Origin: Clostridia bacterium
GTDB taxonomy: Bacteria > Bacillota > Clostridia > TANB77 > CAG-508
Length of the DNA: 64,000 nt
Reading direction: 5' to 3'
Assembly (NCBI GenBank): GCA_017528375.1
Contig: JAFXOY010000124.1
Coordinates: 20,209-84,208 of the forward strand
Shown here: one piece after another, positions 44,156-53,765 of the stretch
How the letters are laid out: every line of letters starts with the position of its first letter
Numbering within the stretch: position 1 is the stretch's first letter
Made by a program: the position numbers and the translations under genes
Notes under the pieces: model-generated
Databases searched by the model: none
Told to the model about the DNA's origin: nothing
What the model saw: only the letters and a program-made list of their open reading frames with translations

Positions 44156-45127
44156 TTATTTTCTTAATTCATAATATTCTTCTTCATTTTCTGGCGTTAA
44201 AAGAAAACGAGTTGTTTCTAATCGCATATCATCTAAAGTATAATTAATATCATATGGAATACGAATTATAGGTATATCATGTTCAAAACAATATTTATTT
44301 TTTAGTAAATCATTTTGATGAGTTTTGTTTAAATTTTCTTTATTGTTCCAACCAGTTTCATAACATAAAAAATGTTGTTTTCCATCAAACTCGACAATAT
44401 ATTTATCTTCTATATAAAAATCAAATTTATATTGATTAATATCTTTAAATTTATGTTGATATTTAAAAGGAATATTATTTTCTTTTAATAGTTTTATAAT
44501 ATTTTCTTCTTGTAAAGAATTTATACACCCACAACTTTTGGTTGAACCATGCACAAGATGTGCAGGTACAACATCTGTTTCATTTCCACAATCACATTTA
44601 CAATGCCAATATGTAACTTCTTTATTAGAAGGAGTTATTTTTACTATTGGATATAAAGCTATTAATTTACCAAATCTTTGATTAGTTAAATCTATTCTTT
44701 TTTCATGCATATTTTCTTTAAGAAGACATCCACACGATTGAGTTTGTCCAGAGGTTAATAAATTTGTTTTAGTTATTATTTCATTTCCACAATCACATTT
44801 ACAAATCCAGTATCCTCTATTTTCTTTACTATAACTTTTTTTAATTACTGTTAATCTTCCAAATTTTTGACCTGTTAAATTAACACCGTTGCAATGCTTA
44901 CAATGTTGAGTTTTATTATGGATTAATTCTGTTTTACGAACAGGAACAATTGTTCCACAGTCACATCGACATAAATACATGATATGATTACTTTCTGCAT
45001 TTTTAATACGATATAATACTGTCCATGAATTAATTTTATCTCCAGGATTTAAAGGATTGTTTTTTTCTATTTTATCTATTTTTGGATATTTCTTTTCTAT
45101 TTCTTGTATATCTGTTGATAATAACAT
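44156..45127 (-). CDS. Free-standing homing-endonuclease-like protein (three Zn-ribbon DNA-binding repeats plus Vsr/PD-(D/E)XK-like nuclease)
   Basis: Intact track ORF. It carries three copies of G.KFG.L.V....W.C.CDCG......L..G...SCGC, and its C-terminus (FDFYIEDKYIVEFDGKQHF..IPIIRIPY) is paralogous to the intron ORF. Confidence 0.6.
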   Translation of the reverse strand: MLLSTDIQEIEKKYPKIDKIEKNNPLNPGDKINSWTVLYRIKNAESNHIMYLCRCDCGTIVPVRKTELIHNKTQHCKHCNGVNLTGQKFGRLTVIKKSYSKENRGYWICKCDCGNEIITKTNLLTSGQTQSCGCLLKENMHEKRIDLTNQRFGKLIALYPIVKITPSNKEVTYWHCKCDCGNETDVVPAHLVHGSTKSCGCINSLQEENIIKLLKENNIPFKYQHKFKDINQYKFDFYIEDKYIVEFDGKQHFLCYETGWNNKENLNKTHQNDLLKNKYCFEHDIPIIRIPYDINYTLDDMRLETTRFLLTPENEEEYYELRK

Positions 45128-45131
45128 TATT

Positions 45132-46313
45132 TTACCTCACTAAAACTACCCTTTCGCTTCCCCGTGTCACAGCCGTGTATAACCATCTTGCATGCTCTTC
45201 TTTTTCAAACGGGAACCTCTCTTCCAATATTAGTACTTTATCCCACTCAGAACCCTGCGCCTTATGCGTTGTAATTGCATATCCGTAAGTAAATTCCATT
45301 GGTACAAGGTGATGGGTTTTTGGATTTGATGTTAGACGAAAAAGAGTTTTATAATCTAAACATCTTTCTCCAGTTAAAATTTGTCTTTCATCCATAGGAA
45401 GTCTGTCAAAATCAGCATCGCTGTCAGAAATAAAATCTGCATTTAATACTTTTATTGTTTGTCCTCCTAACCATCTTGGTACTTTTATAAAAGTTTCATA
45501 AGGCTGATTTATATATCCTATGGTTCCATTGACAAGAGGATCTCCATTTTCTGCTATAATATCCCAATAGTTACGTAAACAAATTACTTTGTCTCCTTCT
45601 TCGGGAGAGTCTCCTCGATTTAATAATGTTCTCATTTGATTATTAACATTAACACGAGTTTGATTTGTTCCAACTAATATTTGGTCTGCCCATTGTAATA
45701 CTCCCGTGTTTAATTCTTTATATGGCATTACAATGACATCTGATCCATGTTCATAATGAATAGGTTCATGATTACGAATTTTCATAGATAAACGAATAAT
45801 TTCTGAATCCATAGCTTGTCGCATAATTTCATTTAAGAAAATATCTGGATTATTTAAAAGTCCGTTATCTTGATCCTTATCCACAGGGGGGAGCTGAAAT
45901 GGATCTCCTAAAGCGATTATAAAAACATCATGTGTAAATAATAATTCCATTAACTCTTTAGGAGCCATTGATACTTCATCTACAATTACAATTTTATATT
46001 CAATAAAAGGTCTTTTTTTTCTAAAAAAAGTTCCATTTGGTCTTGGAAAATGTTCATATAATAATTTATGTAATGTTGTTACATTTTTATTTCCCTTTTT
46101 TAAAAGAACCTGAGCGGCTTTTCCAGTATACGTAGCAAAAACAACATCTAAATTAGGGTTAATACCATAATCAGCTAAAGCATTAATAATAAATTGAACA
46201 AGGGTAGATTTTCCGGTACCGGCATAACCACTAATCACCGCGTATTTTTCTCTATTTTTATATTTTTCAATTACTAAACGTAAGCCTTCTTCCTGTTTGT
46301 TTGTTAATATCAT
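45132..46313 (-). CDS. SF1 Dda/RecD-like DNA helicase
   Basis: Track ORF 45132-46325; the likely start is ATG 46313. Motifs: Walker A GYAGTGKST, IVDEVSM, GDPFQLPPV, TTHKAQGSEW, YTAVTR. Confidence 0.8.
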   Translation of the reverse strand: MILTNKQEEGLRLVIEKYKNREKYAVISGYAGTGKSTLVQFIINALADYGINPNLDVVFATYTGKAAQVLLKKGNKNVTTLHKLLYEHFPRPNGTFFRKKRPFIEYKIVIVDEVSMAPKELMELLFTHDVFIIALGDPFQLPPVDKDQDNGLLNNPDIFLNEIMRQAMDSEIIRLSMKIRNHEPIHYEHGSDVIVMPYKELNTGVLQWADQILVGTNQTRVNVNNQMRTLLNRGDSPEEGDKVICLRNYWDIIAENGDPLVNGTIGYINQPYETFIKVPRWLGGQTIKVLNADFISDSDADFDRLPMDERQILTGERCLDYKTLFRLTSNPKTHHLVPMEFTYGYAITTHKAQGSEWDKVLILEERFPFEKEEHARWLYTAVTRGSERVVLVR

Positions 46314-46321
46314 TTCATACC

Positions 46322-48142
46322 TCAAAAATAATAATCATTACTATCTACAATTTCATAATCCTAAATTAAAATTTGTGCTGAAATATTGCCATTCCATTCA
46401 TTTTTTGAAGCTCTTCCTATTATATCTAATTCATAATATCCAAATTGATTATCTTGTAATTTTTTACATTCATCGTCGGTAGCTTTAAATTTAATACAAC
46501 TAATACCATTTGGTAAACTTATTTTAAGAGTATTATCTTTTTTTGCATATATTGTGACCATGCTTGCATTAACTTTTAATCCTTTAATGCAGATAAGAGG
46601 TTCAGAAATATCTTGTCCCCAAAGGTCATCCATTTCAGCAATGGTTAAAATATCATACGGATTAATTTCATTATTATTATAAATATAATCTACATAATAA
46701 ATTGGCTCATCGCTCATATCTACTAGGGCGGCATCTGTCGCTGCAATAAAAGCCTAGATATTATCTTCATCTATTCCTAATCCAAATGCACCTTCGTGTC
46801 CAGTGCAATATTCACATAGACCGGTTTCCGCACACAAACTTTTAAACTCTTTAACTCCAACTGTATTACATCCTCTTGCTGAACCTTGATATGTTATTTT
46901 TATGGCATCTGGCATCTAATAAAAACTATCAAAGGTTTTAGAATAAAAAGAATTAATACCATCTTCTTCTATTGTTTTTGTTAATATACAGGTAGGACGT
47001 TGATATTTTGCCATCATTTTATTAGCACATAGTCCTGCAATATTTTTTTCTATTTGACCAGGTTCCATTAAAAACAATAATACTTTATGCTCTAAAAGGT
47101 TTTTATCAATAATCATTTGTTCAAGAGTATCAAGCATTGCGTCTTGTGCTTTTGTTTGTCTAGATTTTACATTAGTAACAATTCGCATTGCTTGCTCTAC
47201 TAATTTTTCTGTTTCTCCTAATCTATGACCCCTTTTTGTAGATGGTAATGTTTTAAATGCTTCATATTTAAGCATTGATTTAAAAGTAATAAGTTTTTCT
47301 TCCTAAGTTCCACTTCTGCATATTGCATTTAAGTAAGGTGCTATATAAAAAGCAACAGAAGTATGATTAATTTTATTTTTCATAGAATAATTATTTTTCT
47401 CAGAAAGAAAAACAAAAAAAGGGTTTTTGACATTGTGAAAACCTTTATTTACAATATGTTTGGTTTCAATTGATGTCATGCTCATCATATCAGCACAATT
47501 CCCCAATGCAACTAAATCTAAATAATCTTCTGCATAGGATGTTTTTAATAATTTATCTATATAACGACAAAACTGCCAAACAACTCCAGCTCCAGAAAAT
47601 GCTTTATTTGAATATTCACAAAGCTGATTGTTGATTACAATGGCATCAGGATTTTCTTCGTCACAAAGATGGTGATCTAAAACAATAACTGCTTTACCAT
47701 AGCTTCGTAATTTAGCACATTCAATTATATCATTAGAGCCTGCATCTGGAACAATAATAAGTTTGTAATTATTTTTTATTATTTCGTCTACATGATCTGC
47801 TAATCCGTGCTGTTTACCCTGATGCAAAACATATTTTAAATTGTTTTCGGTCCAAGCTGGGAAGAGATCGTGAAGATAATTTATTAATATTGCCGCGCTT
47901 GTAAAACCATCTGCATCGCTATCTATTATAACAAGAGCAAATGAATTTGTTTTTATTGTTTGAATTAATAAGGCAACAGCGTTTCGAAGTTTATCTTCCT
48001 CTAAAGCCTAAGGAGGATTAATGTCATTATCATTTGTATGAAGATAATGCTATATTGTATTAAATGGAATCCCTCTATTTATAAGTATTTGTTCTATTAT
48101 AGAATAGTTTTTATTTATTTCATTTCTTAATTTATATTTCAT
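46322..48142 (-). CDS. recJ: RecJ-like DHH/DHHA1 single-strand DNA exonuclease (TAG read as sense)
   Basis: ATG 48142. Track ORFs 47303-47827, 46916-47275 and 46361-46717 share its frame and are joined by TAG (6 in total), ending at TGA 46322-46324. Motifs: DSDADG, LDHH, GHEGAFG. Confidence 0.75.
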
Positions 48143-48846
48143 TTTCTAATTTCCTACCAAGGTATATTTTTGTATTTTTTAACTATGTTTCCTTTTGACC
48201 ATTGTTCTAAAGGAATAGCTGCATAATGAATTATTTTTTGTGTCTAATAAGGATCTACCCAATCATTGGCATTATAATCACTTGACATTATTAAAATATT
48301 ATTCTGACAACATAAATTAAAACAATCTTGCTCTAAAAACTAATATTTTTTACTATTTAACATATGAATAACTTCATCAACTTTATTATCTTCTCTAAGT
48401 TTTTTTAAATTATATAAAGCTACTCCTGTATTAGTATATAAATCACAAACATACCAAATTCCACCTTTAGATTTTCTTGGCTATCTGGAGGCAGCAAAAT
48501 AATAATTTTCTATTGGTAAATTCCAAACATCAGAGATATCTTGATTTACTATTGTATCAACATCTAATGAGAGAATTGTATCTAAGTCTGGAAAAACCTT
48601 GGCTAAAGCCGCCCTCATCATAGCTAAGTAAGTATAGTGAGAGTTCATATTTGGTCCATTCGGTCTAAAGTATTTTTGATTACTTACATTTATAGTTTCA
48701 ACATTATCGGGTAAATCAAATGGAAAAATGTCATCTTCAATTAAAAGATATATTTTATCTACATCGGAATTAATTAATAACGATTTTATTGCAGGAATCA
48801 TATACTAATAAATATTTCTAGTTCCCGTATATACTGCAGTTTTCAT
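48139..48846 (-). CDS. Family 8 glycosyltransferase-like protein (TAG read as sense)
   Basis: ATG 48846 to TGA 48139-48141, overlapping the recJ start as ATGA. It has 4 in-frame TAG. Motifs: YTYLAMMRAALAKVFPDLDTILSLDVDTIV (DxD), NTGVALYNL, EQDCFN. Confidence 0.6.
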
Positions 48847-48892
48847 ACTGTCTTTTCCTCTCTTTCAAGTTATTTCTTCTTTTAATATTATA

Positions 48893-48930
48893 CCAAAAAA
48901 ATAATAAGTTGTCAAGTGGATGACAACTTA
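48893..48930 (-). terminator. Rho-independent terminator after the primase gene
   Basis: TAAGTTGTCA / TGACAACTTA stem with a 6-nt loop. A T-rich run follows on the minus strand. Confidence 0.65.
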
Positions 48931-48933
48931 TAT

Positions 48934-50079
48934 CTAGATTCTATTTTTAAATAGTTCCATAAATATATCTGGACCTTGGTCAATTGGACTAGCTTTATAT
49001 TTTAACACATTCCCCTTGTCAAATAAGTAGCTTATTTGTATTATTGAGCCGTATTTATTATGAATATGATAAAGTTTTTCAGTCCATTTTTTCCATTCTT
49101 GGTCGCCTATTTCTTGATACTGTCTATCAAAACCTATAATAATCTCTTCTACATCAAGAGATAACAATAATTTTACTTGATAGTCTATTAAATTACTGCC
49201 ACAGGCGGCAACACTTATATCATTTTCTAAACCAAAATAACTGCCGTATAAAAGAGTAGATTTTTCTCCTTCAAAAACAATCGCTTTTTTAATATTACGG
49301 ATATTATCTTTACTAATATTTATATTATATAAATTAAAAGATAATGGATGATTATACATTTTACCGCTAATTACAGCAGGAATATATTTTCCTCTTTCTT
49401 CATTTTCTTTAATTAAAGTTCTCTCTCTAATACCAATTAAATTATTATTTATATCATAATGAGGTATAACAATTGCTTGAGTGCAAGGGTTATACCTAAT
49501 ATTATGAATTTTCATTATTTCTGGGGTAATACCTTCTCTTTCCCAAGATAAGATTTTTGGTTGTGCCATATTTTTCAAAAAATCTGCTTGAAAAACCTTG
49601 AGAGATATTATTTGTTTATTTACTTTTTGAAGCTTTTTTGCTTCTAATTTTGAAAAAATTTGCCAATCTTGAAGTTCTATTTGTTTTTCTGAAAAATTTT
49701 CATCAGGTGGTTCGATGCCATAATAGCTTGCAACAAAGCGGATGGCGTCTGGAAGATCCCATGGACGCGATTCTTGTTTTGCTTCTTTAGACCAATATAC
49801 AATATATTCCCCAGCGAGTTTTTTTATTTTTAATGTTAATTCAAAAATGTCAAATGTATCTGAACATTGGGTAAAGCATTTAAATAGTTTTGTATTATCA
49901 TAATAATATAATTTAAATGACCCCTGTCCTGGAGGATTATGACATATAGTTCTTGATATGATCATATCCCCGTGCATTTGCGGTTCTCCACCGGCGTCCG
50001 CTAGAAAATCATATATTTGATCTATTGTTAAATTGTTTTTAATATCTTCAAGATATTTTTTTCTTTCTAGTTCATTCAT
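48934..50079 (-). CDS. dnaG: DnaG-type primase (CHC2 zinc finger plus TOPRIM)
   Basis: Track ORF 48934-50121; the likely start is ATG 50079. Motifs: CHNPPGQGSFKLYYYDNTKLFKCFTQC and the TOPRIM VFEGEKS. Confidence 0.75.
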   Translation of the reverse strand: MNELERKKYLEDIKNNLTIDQIYDFLADAGGEPQMHGDMIISRTICHNPPGQGSFKLYYYDNTKLFKCFTQCSDTFDIFELTLKIKKLAGEYIVYWSKEAKQESRPWDLPDAIRFVASYYGIEPPDENFSEKQIELQDWQIFSKLEAKKLQKVNKQIISLKVFQADFLKNMAQPKILSWEREGITPEIMKIHNIRYNPCTQAIVIPHYDINNNLIGIRERTLIKENEERGKYIPAVISGKMYNHPLSFNLYNINISKDNIRNIKKAIVFEGEKSTLLYGSYFGLENDISVAACGSNLIDYQVKLLLSLDVEEIIIGFDRQYQEIGDQEWKKWTEKLYHIHNKYGSIIQISYLFDKGNVLKYKASPIDQGPDIFMELFKNRI

Positions 50080-50081
50080 AA

Positions 50082-50360
50082 TTAACAAGTAACTGATGGT
50101 ATACCTAACATACAGCAACAAATTCCAGAGCCGCCATTATTTGGATTATTTGAACAATATAAACAGGCATTATTATTAAAATTTGTTTTATAATATTGTT
50201 TTTCAGGAAAAGGAATTCTTAATATATCCTGTCGTTCCTACTCATAATACCAATCACACTTTGAACATTCTATTCTATCAATACCTGGATATGTTGTAAT
50301 ACAAATGTGTCTTAAATCGGCTCCACATTTAGGGCAAGTATAAATTATATTAGTTTTCAT
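50082..50360 (-). CDS. Cys-rich small protein (92 aa), one in-frame TAG
   Basis: ATG 50360 to TAA 50082-50084, with a TAG at 50238-50240 (frame-checked). Motif: CPKCG..CSKC. Confidence 0.45.
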
Positions 50361-50655
50361 TATTTGTCTCCATTCTTGCTCCGCAGTTAGGGCATATATT
50401 CCTATGCTGATAGGCTTCCTTGAATTTAGTCTTGCAATTAGAACACATACAGATCTCCTCGATGAATGGCGGAAAGATTATCCACTTTCCTGTTTTCTGC
50501 TCTGCCTTTTCATAACAGTCATATAAGTACTTGATTGCATGAACGCACTTACGCAGTATGCATATTTCTTCTGAATCATCTGCGTGTATACAATCAGAGC
50601 AGGATTCAAAGTCTTCGTTTGGCCTACCGATTAAATGAAATCCCAACTTGTTCAT
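50350..50655 (-). CDS. Cys-rich small protein, member of the AEQKTGKW / CxxCGARME paralogue cluster
   Basis: Intact track ORF, with C-terminus CPNCGARME. Confidence 0.5.
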   Translation of the reverse strand: MNKLGFHLIGRPNEDFESCSDCIHADDSEEICILRKCVHAIKYLYDCYEKAEQKTGKWIIFPPFIEEICMCSNCKTKFKEAYQHRNICPNCGARMETNNEN

Positions 50656-50825
50656 TCCTCTTCTCCTTTATAAACTCTTCTCCATTGCGAATCTGTGCTG
50701 TCTAACCATTGGATTATTCCCTTTTTGGAATTGTTTACGCTGAAGGCATGCACAGTAAACAGCCAGTGTAAAACATCATAAAATTCTTCCGTGGTTAATG
50801 TTGCAAGCCATTCTTTATTTGTCAT
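50652..50825 (-). CDS. Small hypothetical protein (57 aa)
   Basis: ATG 50825 to TGA 50652-50654, with ATGA overlaps at both ends. Confidence 0.35.
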   Translation of the reverse strand: MTNKEWLATLTTEEFYDVLHWLFTVHAFSVNNSKKGIIQWLDSTDSQWRRVYKGEEE

Positions 50826-51210
50826 TCTTCTTTACCTCTATTTCTACTTCTTCTTTATATGGTGATGGTAACGGGAACCATTCTGTCGGTGCTTCTTCTT
50901 CTTCCCTCAAAGTAAAAGTTTCAGTATTCCACTCTCCGTTGCTATCGAGCCATGCAATATAAGGAACACCATACATATACACAAGCACTTCCTCGTTAAT
51001 CACAGGCAGTCTTTCTGAACAAGAAATCCATTGTATTGCCTCAAACTTCCCTTGCTTGTATCCATTTTCGTATGCGTTTGAGACATCATCCAATGTTGCT
51101 TGCGCTTTGAGTGCTTCAATTGCCATATCAAGTGCTTTATCAGCATCTGATTCTGCTATAAAAATATGCTTCATGCCCAAAAGTTCTTCTATTGCTTCTT
51201 CTCTAGTCAT
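50815..51210 (-). CDS. DUF551-like small protein (paralogue cluster)
   Basis: Intact track ORF, with N-terminal EEAIEEL..DMAIEALKAQ and C-terminal W..LP...W.PLP. Confidence 0.5.
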   Translation of the reverse strand: MTREEAIEELLGMKHIFIAESDADKALDMAIEALKAQATLDDVSNAYENGYKQGKFEAIQWISCSERLPVINEEVLVYMYGVPYIAWLDSNGEWNTETFTLREEEEAPTEWFPLPSPYKEEVEIEVKKNDK

Positions 51211-51219
51211 TACTTATTC

Positions 51220-51444
51220 TCACCTCTCATATACTGAATATTTATTATCTATTCTCCTGCAGTTTGAGCAATATCTTACACCAATTCCGTTCGTTATTAA
51301 CTGTGACGTTTTCTGTTCTTTCAATGCTTCGATTGCCATAGTCAATGCTTCATAGATTGCATCAGTATTATCGGTGACAAGCTTGCCACCTTTGAAATAC
51401 TTGCGTACTTGTTTGCATGTTTTGATTGCTTCTTCTTTAGTCAT
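51220..51444 (-). CDS. Small protein (paralogue cluster)
   Basis: Intact track ORF with the motif TMAIEALKEQKT. Confidence 0.45.
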   Translation of the reverse strand: MTKEEAIKTCKQVRKYFKGGKLVTDNTDAIYEALTMAIEALKEQKTSQLITNGIGVRYCSNCRRIDNKYSVYER

Positions 51445-51755
51445 TCTTCTTCACCTCTACTATTGCTCCATTCTTCTAGTGTGTCATAAGCCGCTTTAAG
51501 CATCTTAAAAACAGCAACAACATCTGTGTCTAGCAATTCCTTAAACCTACCGCCCACAAACTTCAGTTCCCAACACGGCTCATGTGTATCGTAATAAAAG
51601 TATCCGATGGAATACTTGCACTCTCTTCCTTGATACTGGTAATATTTGATCAGGTCAATAGTTTCGTTTGGTTCGTTCTTGTCAAGCCTCGCAAGAGTCT
51701 TCGGACACGCTTCTAGTGCATAATCTCCCATTCTCCAGTAAAAATTCAGATTCAT
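51441..51755 (-). CDS. Small hypothetical protein
   Basis: Track ORF 51441-51842. The likely start is ATG 51755, overlapping the upstream stop as ATGA. Confidence 0.45.
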   Translation of the reverse strand: MNLNFYWRMGDYALEACPKTLARLDKNEPNETIDLIKYYQYQGRECKYSIGYFYYDTHEPCWELKFVGGRFKELLDTDVVAVFKMLKAAYDTLEEWSNSRGEEE

Positions 51756-52030
51756 TCTTCCTCGCACTCCATTCTTGCACCGCAATGAGCACAATAATCT
51801 GTCTTTTCCCATGCAGAACATCCGCACTCGGAACATTCCCAATTATAGTCAAATCGACCTTCGTATTTTTGCCACTTCCCTGTTTTCTGCTCTTGCAGTG
51901 CTTTGATTGCCATATCTGCAGCTTCTCTTCTACATTGGTTGCAACCTATTGTATAATTTTCTACACAATTACACAATATATCGTCACCTAAAATACAATC
52001 TATCATGTTTATTACACATTCTTTTGTCAT
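51752..52030 (-). CDS. Cys-rich small protein (paralogue cluster)
   Basis: Intact track ORF with motifs DMAIKALQEQKTGKW and CAHCGARME. Confidence 0.5.
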   Translation of the reverse strand: MTKECVINMIDCILGDDILCNCVENYTIGCNQCRREAADMAIKALQEQKTGKWQKYEGRFDYNWECSECGCSAWEKTDYCAHCGARMECEEE

Positions 52031-52221
52031 TTTTCTTCCTCTTTAAATACGCAAAGATGTCTACATTTATTATTTTTTAAAGAACATGGCTCTTTACTAT
52101 TTCCAATCTCGCATTGATAAAGACCTAATTCCCTAAAAGCTGGTGGAAATGGTTGCCAATGTGAAAAAACACATTCTTCTGCCTTTTCAGGCATTTCTTT
52201 TACATAAAATTGCATTATCAT
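52027..52221 (-). CDS. Small hypothetical protein
   Basis: Track ORF 52027-52278. The likely start is ATG 52221, just after the dnaB stop. Confidence 0.4.
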   Translation of the reverse strand: MIMQFYVKEMPEKAEECVFSHWQPFPPAFRELGLYQCEIGNSKEPCSLKNNKCRHLCVFKEEEK

Positions 52222-52222
52222 A

Positions 52223-53764
52223 TTAAAAAGCACTCTCCTTTCTTGGGGTAATATTAATTTTATAATTTTCCATTTCAATTATATTATATCCATAGTCTGT
52301 AGCAAATAAAGGATTAATTCTACACGTTCCTAAATCTGCATTACACCATAATAAAATATGATTATATCTACCTCGTCTATTTTTATATATAGAGATTTTT
52401 AAATTAGGCATTTCTATTCCTCTTTCTGCAGCTAAAGGTTTTATCATTTCTATATCAGAATCGTTCAAGCGTAACATAATACTACCCATATCTATTTTAT
52501 CAGCAATAGCCTTAGCTCCTCGTAAAAGATTCTGATCATAAACCGAAGCATTTTGATAATCTGCATTAAGCTGTGTGCTTGACATAATAAAAATTCCATT
52601 ATCAGTTGCTAAATCTTTAAGTCTTACACTTATCATAAACAATACGTTATCTTCTCTTAATCCTTTCACAGAAGCGCGAGAAGATACTTCTGATAAAATT
52701 TTCATATTTGAATGAATATAATCCAAAAAGAAATATCTTACTTTATATTTTCGTACTGCTAATTTAACTACATTTTCTATATCTTTTAAAGAAAAATCAT
52801 GTAATTCTTTAAGGTAGAGCGGGCTCCGCTTAATGATTTCTCTAGCCCTAGCTATTCGCTCAATTTCACCTGGGGCATATCTATTTGTTAATATATGGTC
52901 TTCTGGAACCGCAGATAAAAATGCCCACATCATTGTTTGAACTTCACTAAAAATTTGCTCTGTCATAACGTAAATAGTTGGTTCTTGTGTTCCATTAGGA
53001 ACCCATTTATTTTGAACGGGGTCATAAATTTCATCACAAGCTATGTTACAAGCGTCTGCAACCATTGCTCTGCTTTTTCCGACATTGGTTGCGGCAGACC
53101 TAAGATAAAACTTTCCTAACCTGGCTCCGCGTGTTATAGTATTAATCAAGTCACCATATAAAGGATAACCAATATCTGGAGTTACTTGTAATTCATTCCA
53201 AAGCTCTTCTGCCCCTTCATCAGCTTGAATAATATCTTCTGTTGCAGCATCTACATATTTTAATCGCACATCTTCAATTTTGTCATTGATTAAATCTGCA
53301 ATTTCTTCTTCTGAATGATTATCTAACCAATCTTCTTGTGCTTGCTTCTTTTTTTGGTCAAATATATTATCTATGTCATATAACCAAGATAAATCCATTC
53401 CAGCTTTTTCATTATACATACGTAGTAAAGTCATTTTCTTTACTTTATGATAATAATAATTAAAAGCTGCTAACTGACAATTTTCTTTTACTTTCTCAAG
53501 ATATTCTGCTCCCTTATTAGCTTTATATACAGCTAATTTTTTTGGACGTTGCTCTAAGTAGTCTTCAATAGTAAGAGAATTAATTTCTGTGGCACCGAGT
53601 TGATGTAAATTATAAATACTACCAAATATAACTTGATGAAATTCTTCTGTAAAATCTTCCAATGTAAAAGAATAAGATTCATTATCTAATAAAGAAGGAT
53701 TCGTATAAACACATCCAATAAATTGAACAATAGCAGGGATATCAACATAACGAACTTTTCCCAT
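52223..53764 (-). CDS. dnaB: DnaB-type replicative helicase, TAG-free
   Basis: Intact 513-aa ORF. Walker A AATNVGKS and a RecA-like C-terminal domain (FFLDYIH, SSTQLN) are present. Confidence 0.8.
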   Translation of the reverse strand: MGKVRYVDIPAIVQFIGCVYTNPSLLDNESYSFTLEDFTEEFHQVIFGSIYNLHQLGATEINSLTIEDYLEQRPKKLAVYKANKGAEYLEKVKENCQLAAFNYYYHKVKKMTLLRMYNEKAGMDLSWLYDIDNIFDQKKKQAQEDWLDNHSEEEIADLINDKIEDVRLKYVDAATEDIIQADEGAEELWNELQVTPDIGYPLYGDLINTITRGARLGKFYLRSAATNVGKSRAMVADACNIACDEIYDPVQNKWVPNGTQEPTIYVMTEQIFSEVQTMMWAFLSAVPEDHILTNRYAPGEIERIARAREIIKRSPLYLKELHDFSLKDIENVVKLAVRKYKVRYFFLDYIHSNMKILSEVSSRASVKGLREDNVLFMISVRLKDLATDNGIFIMSSTQLNADYQNASVYDQNLLRGAKAIADKIDMGSIMLRLNDSDIEMIKPLAAERGIEMPNLKISIYKNRRGRYNHILLWCNADLGTCRINPLFATDYGYNIIEMENYKINITPRKESAF

Positions 53765-53765
53765 A

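Noticed and set aside
46322-48142. The RecJ-like gene is split into three track ORFs, which could mean a pseudogene.
   Set aside because: All three are in the same frame and joined by TAG only, and the DHH and DHHA1 motifs are intact.
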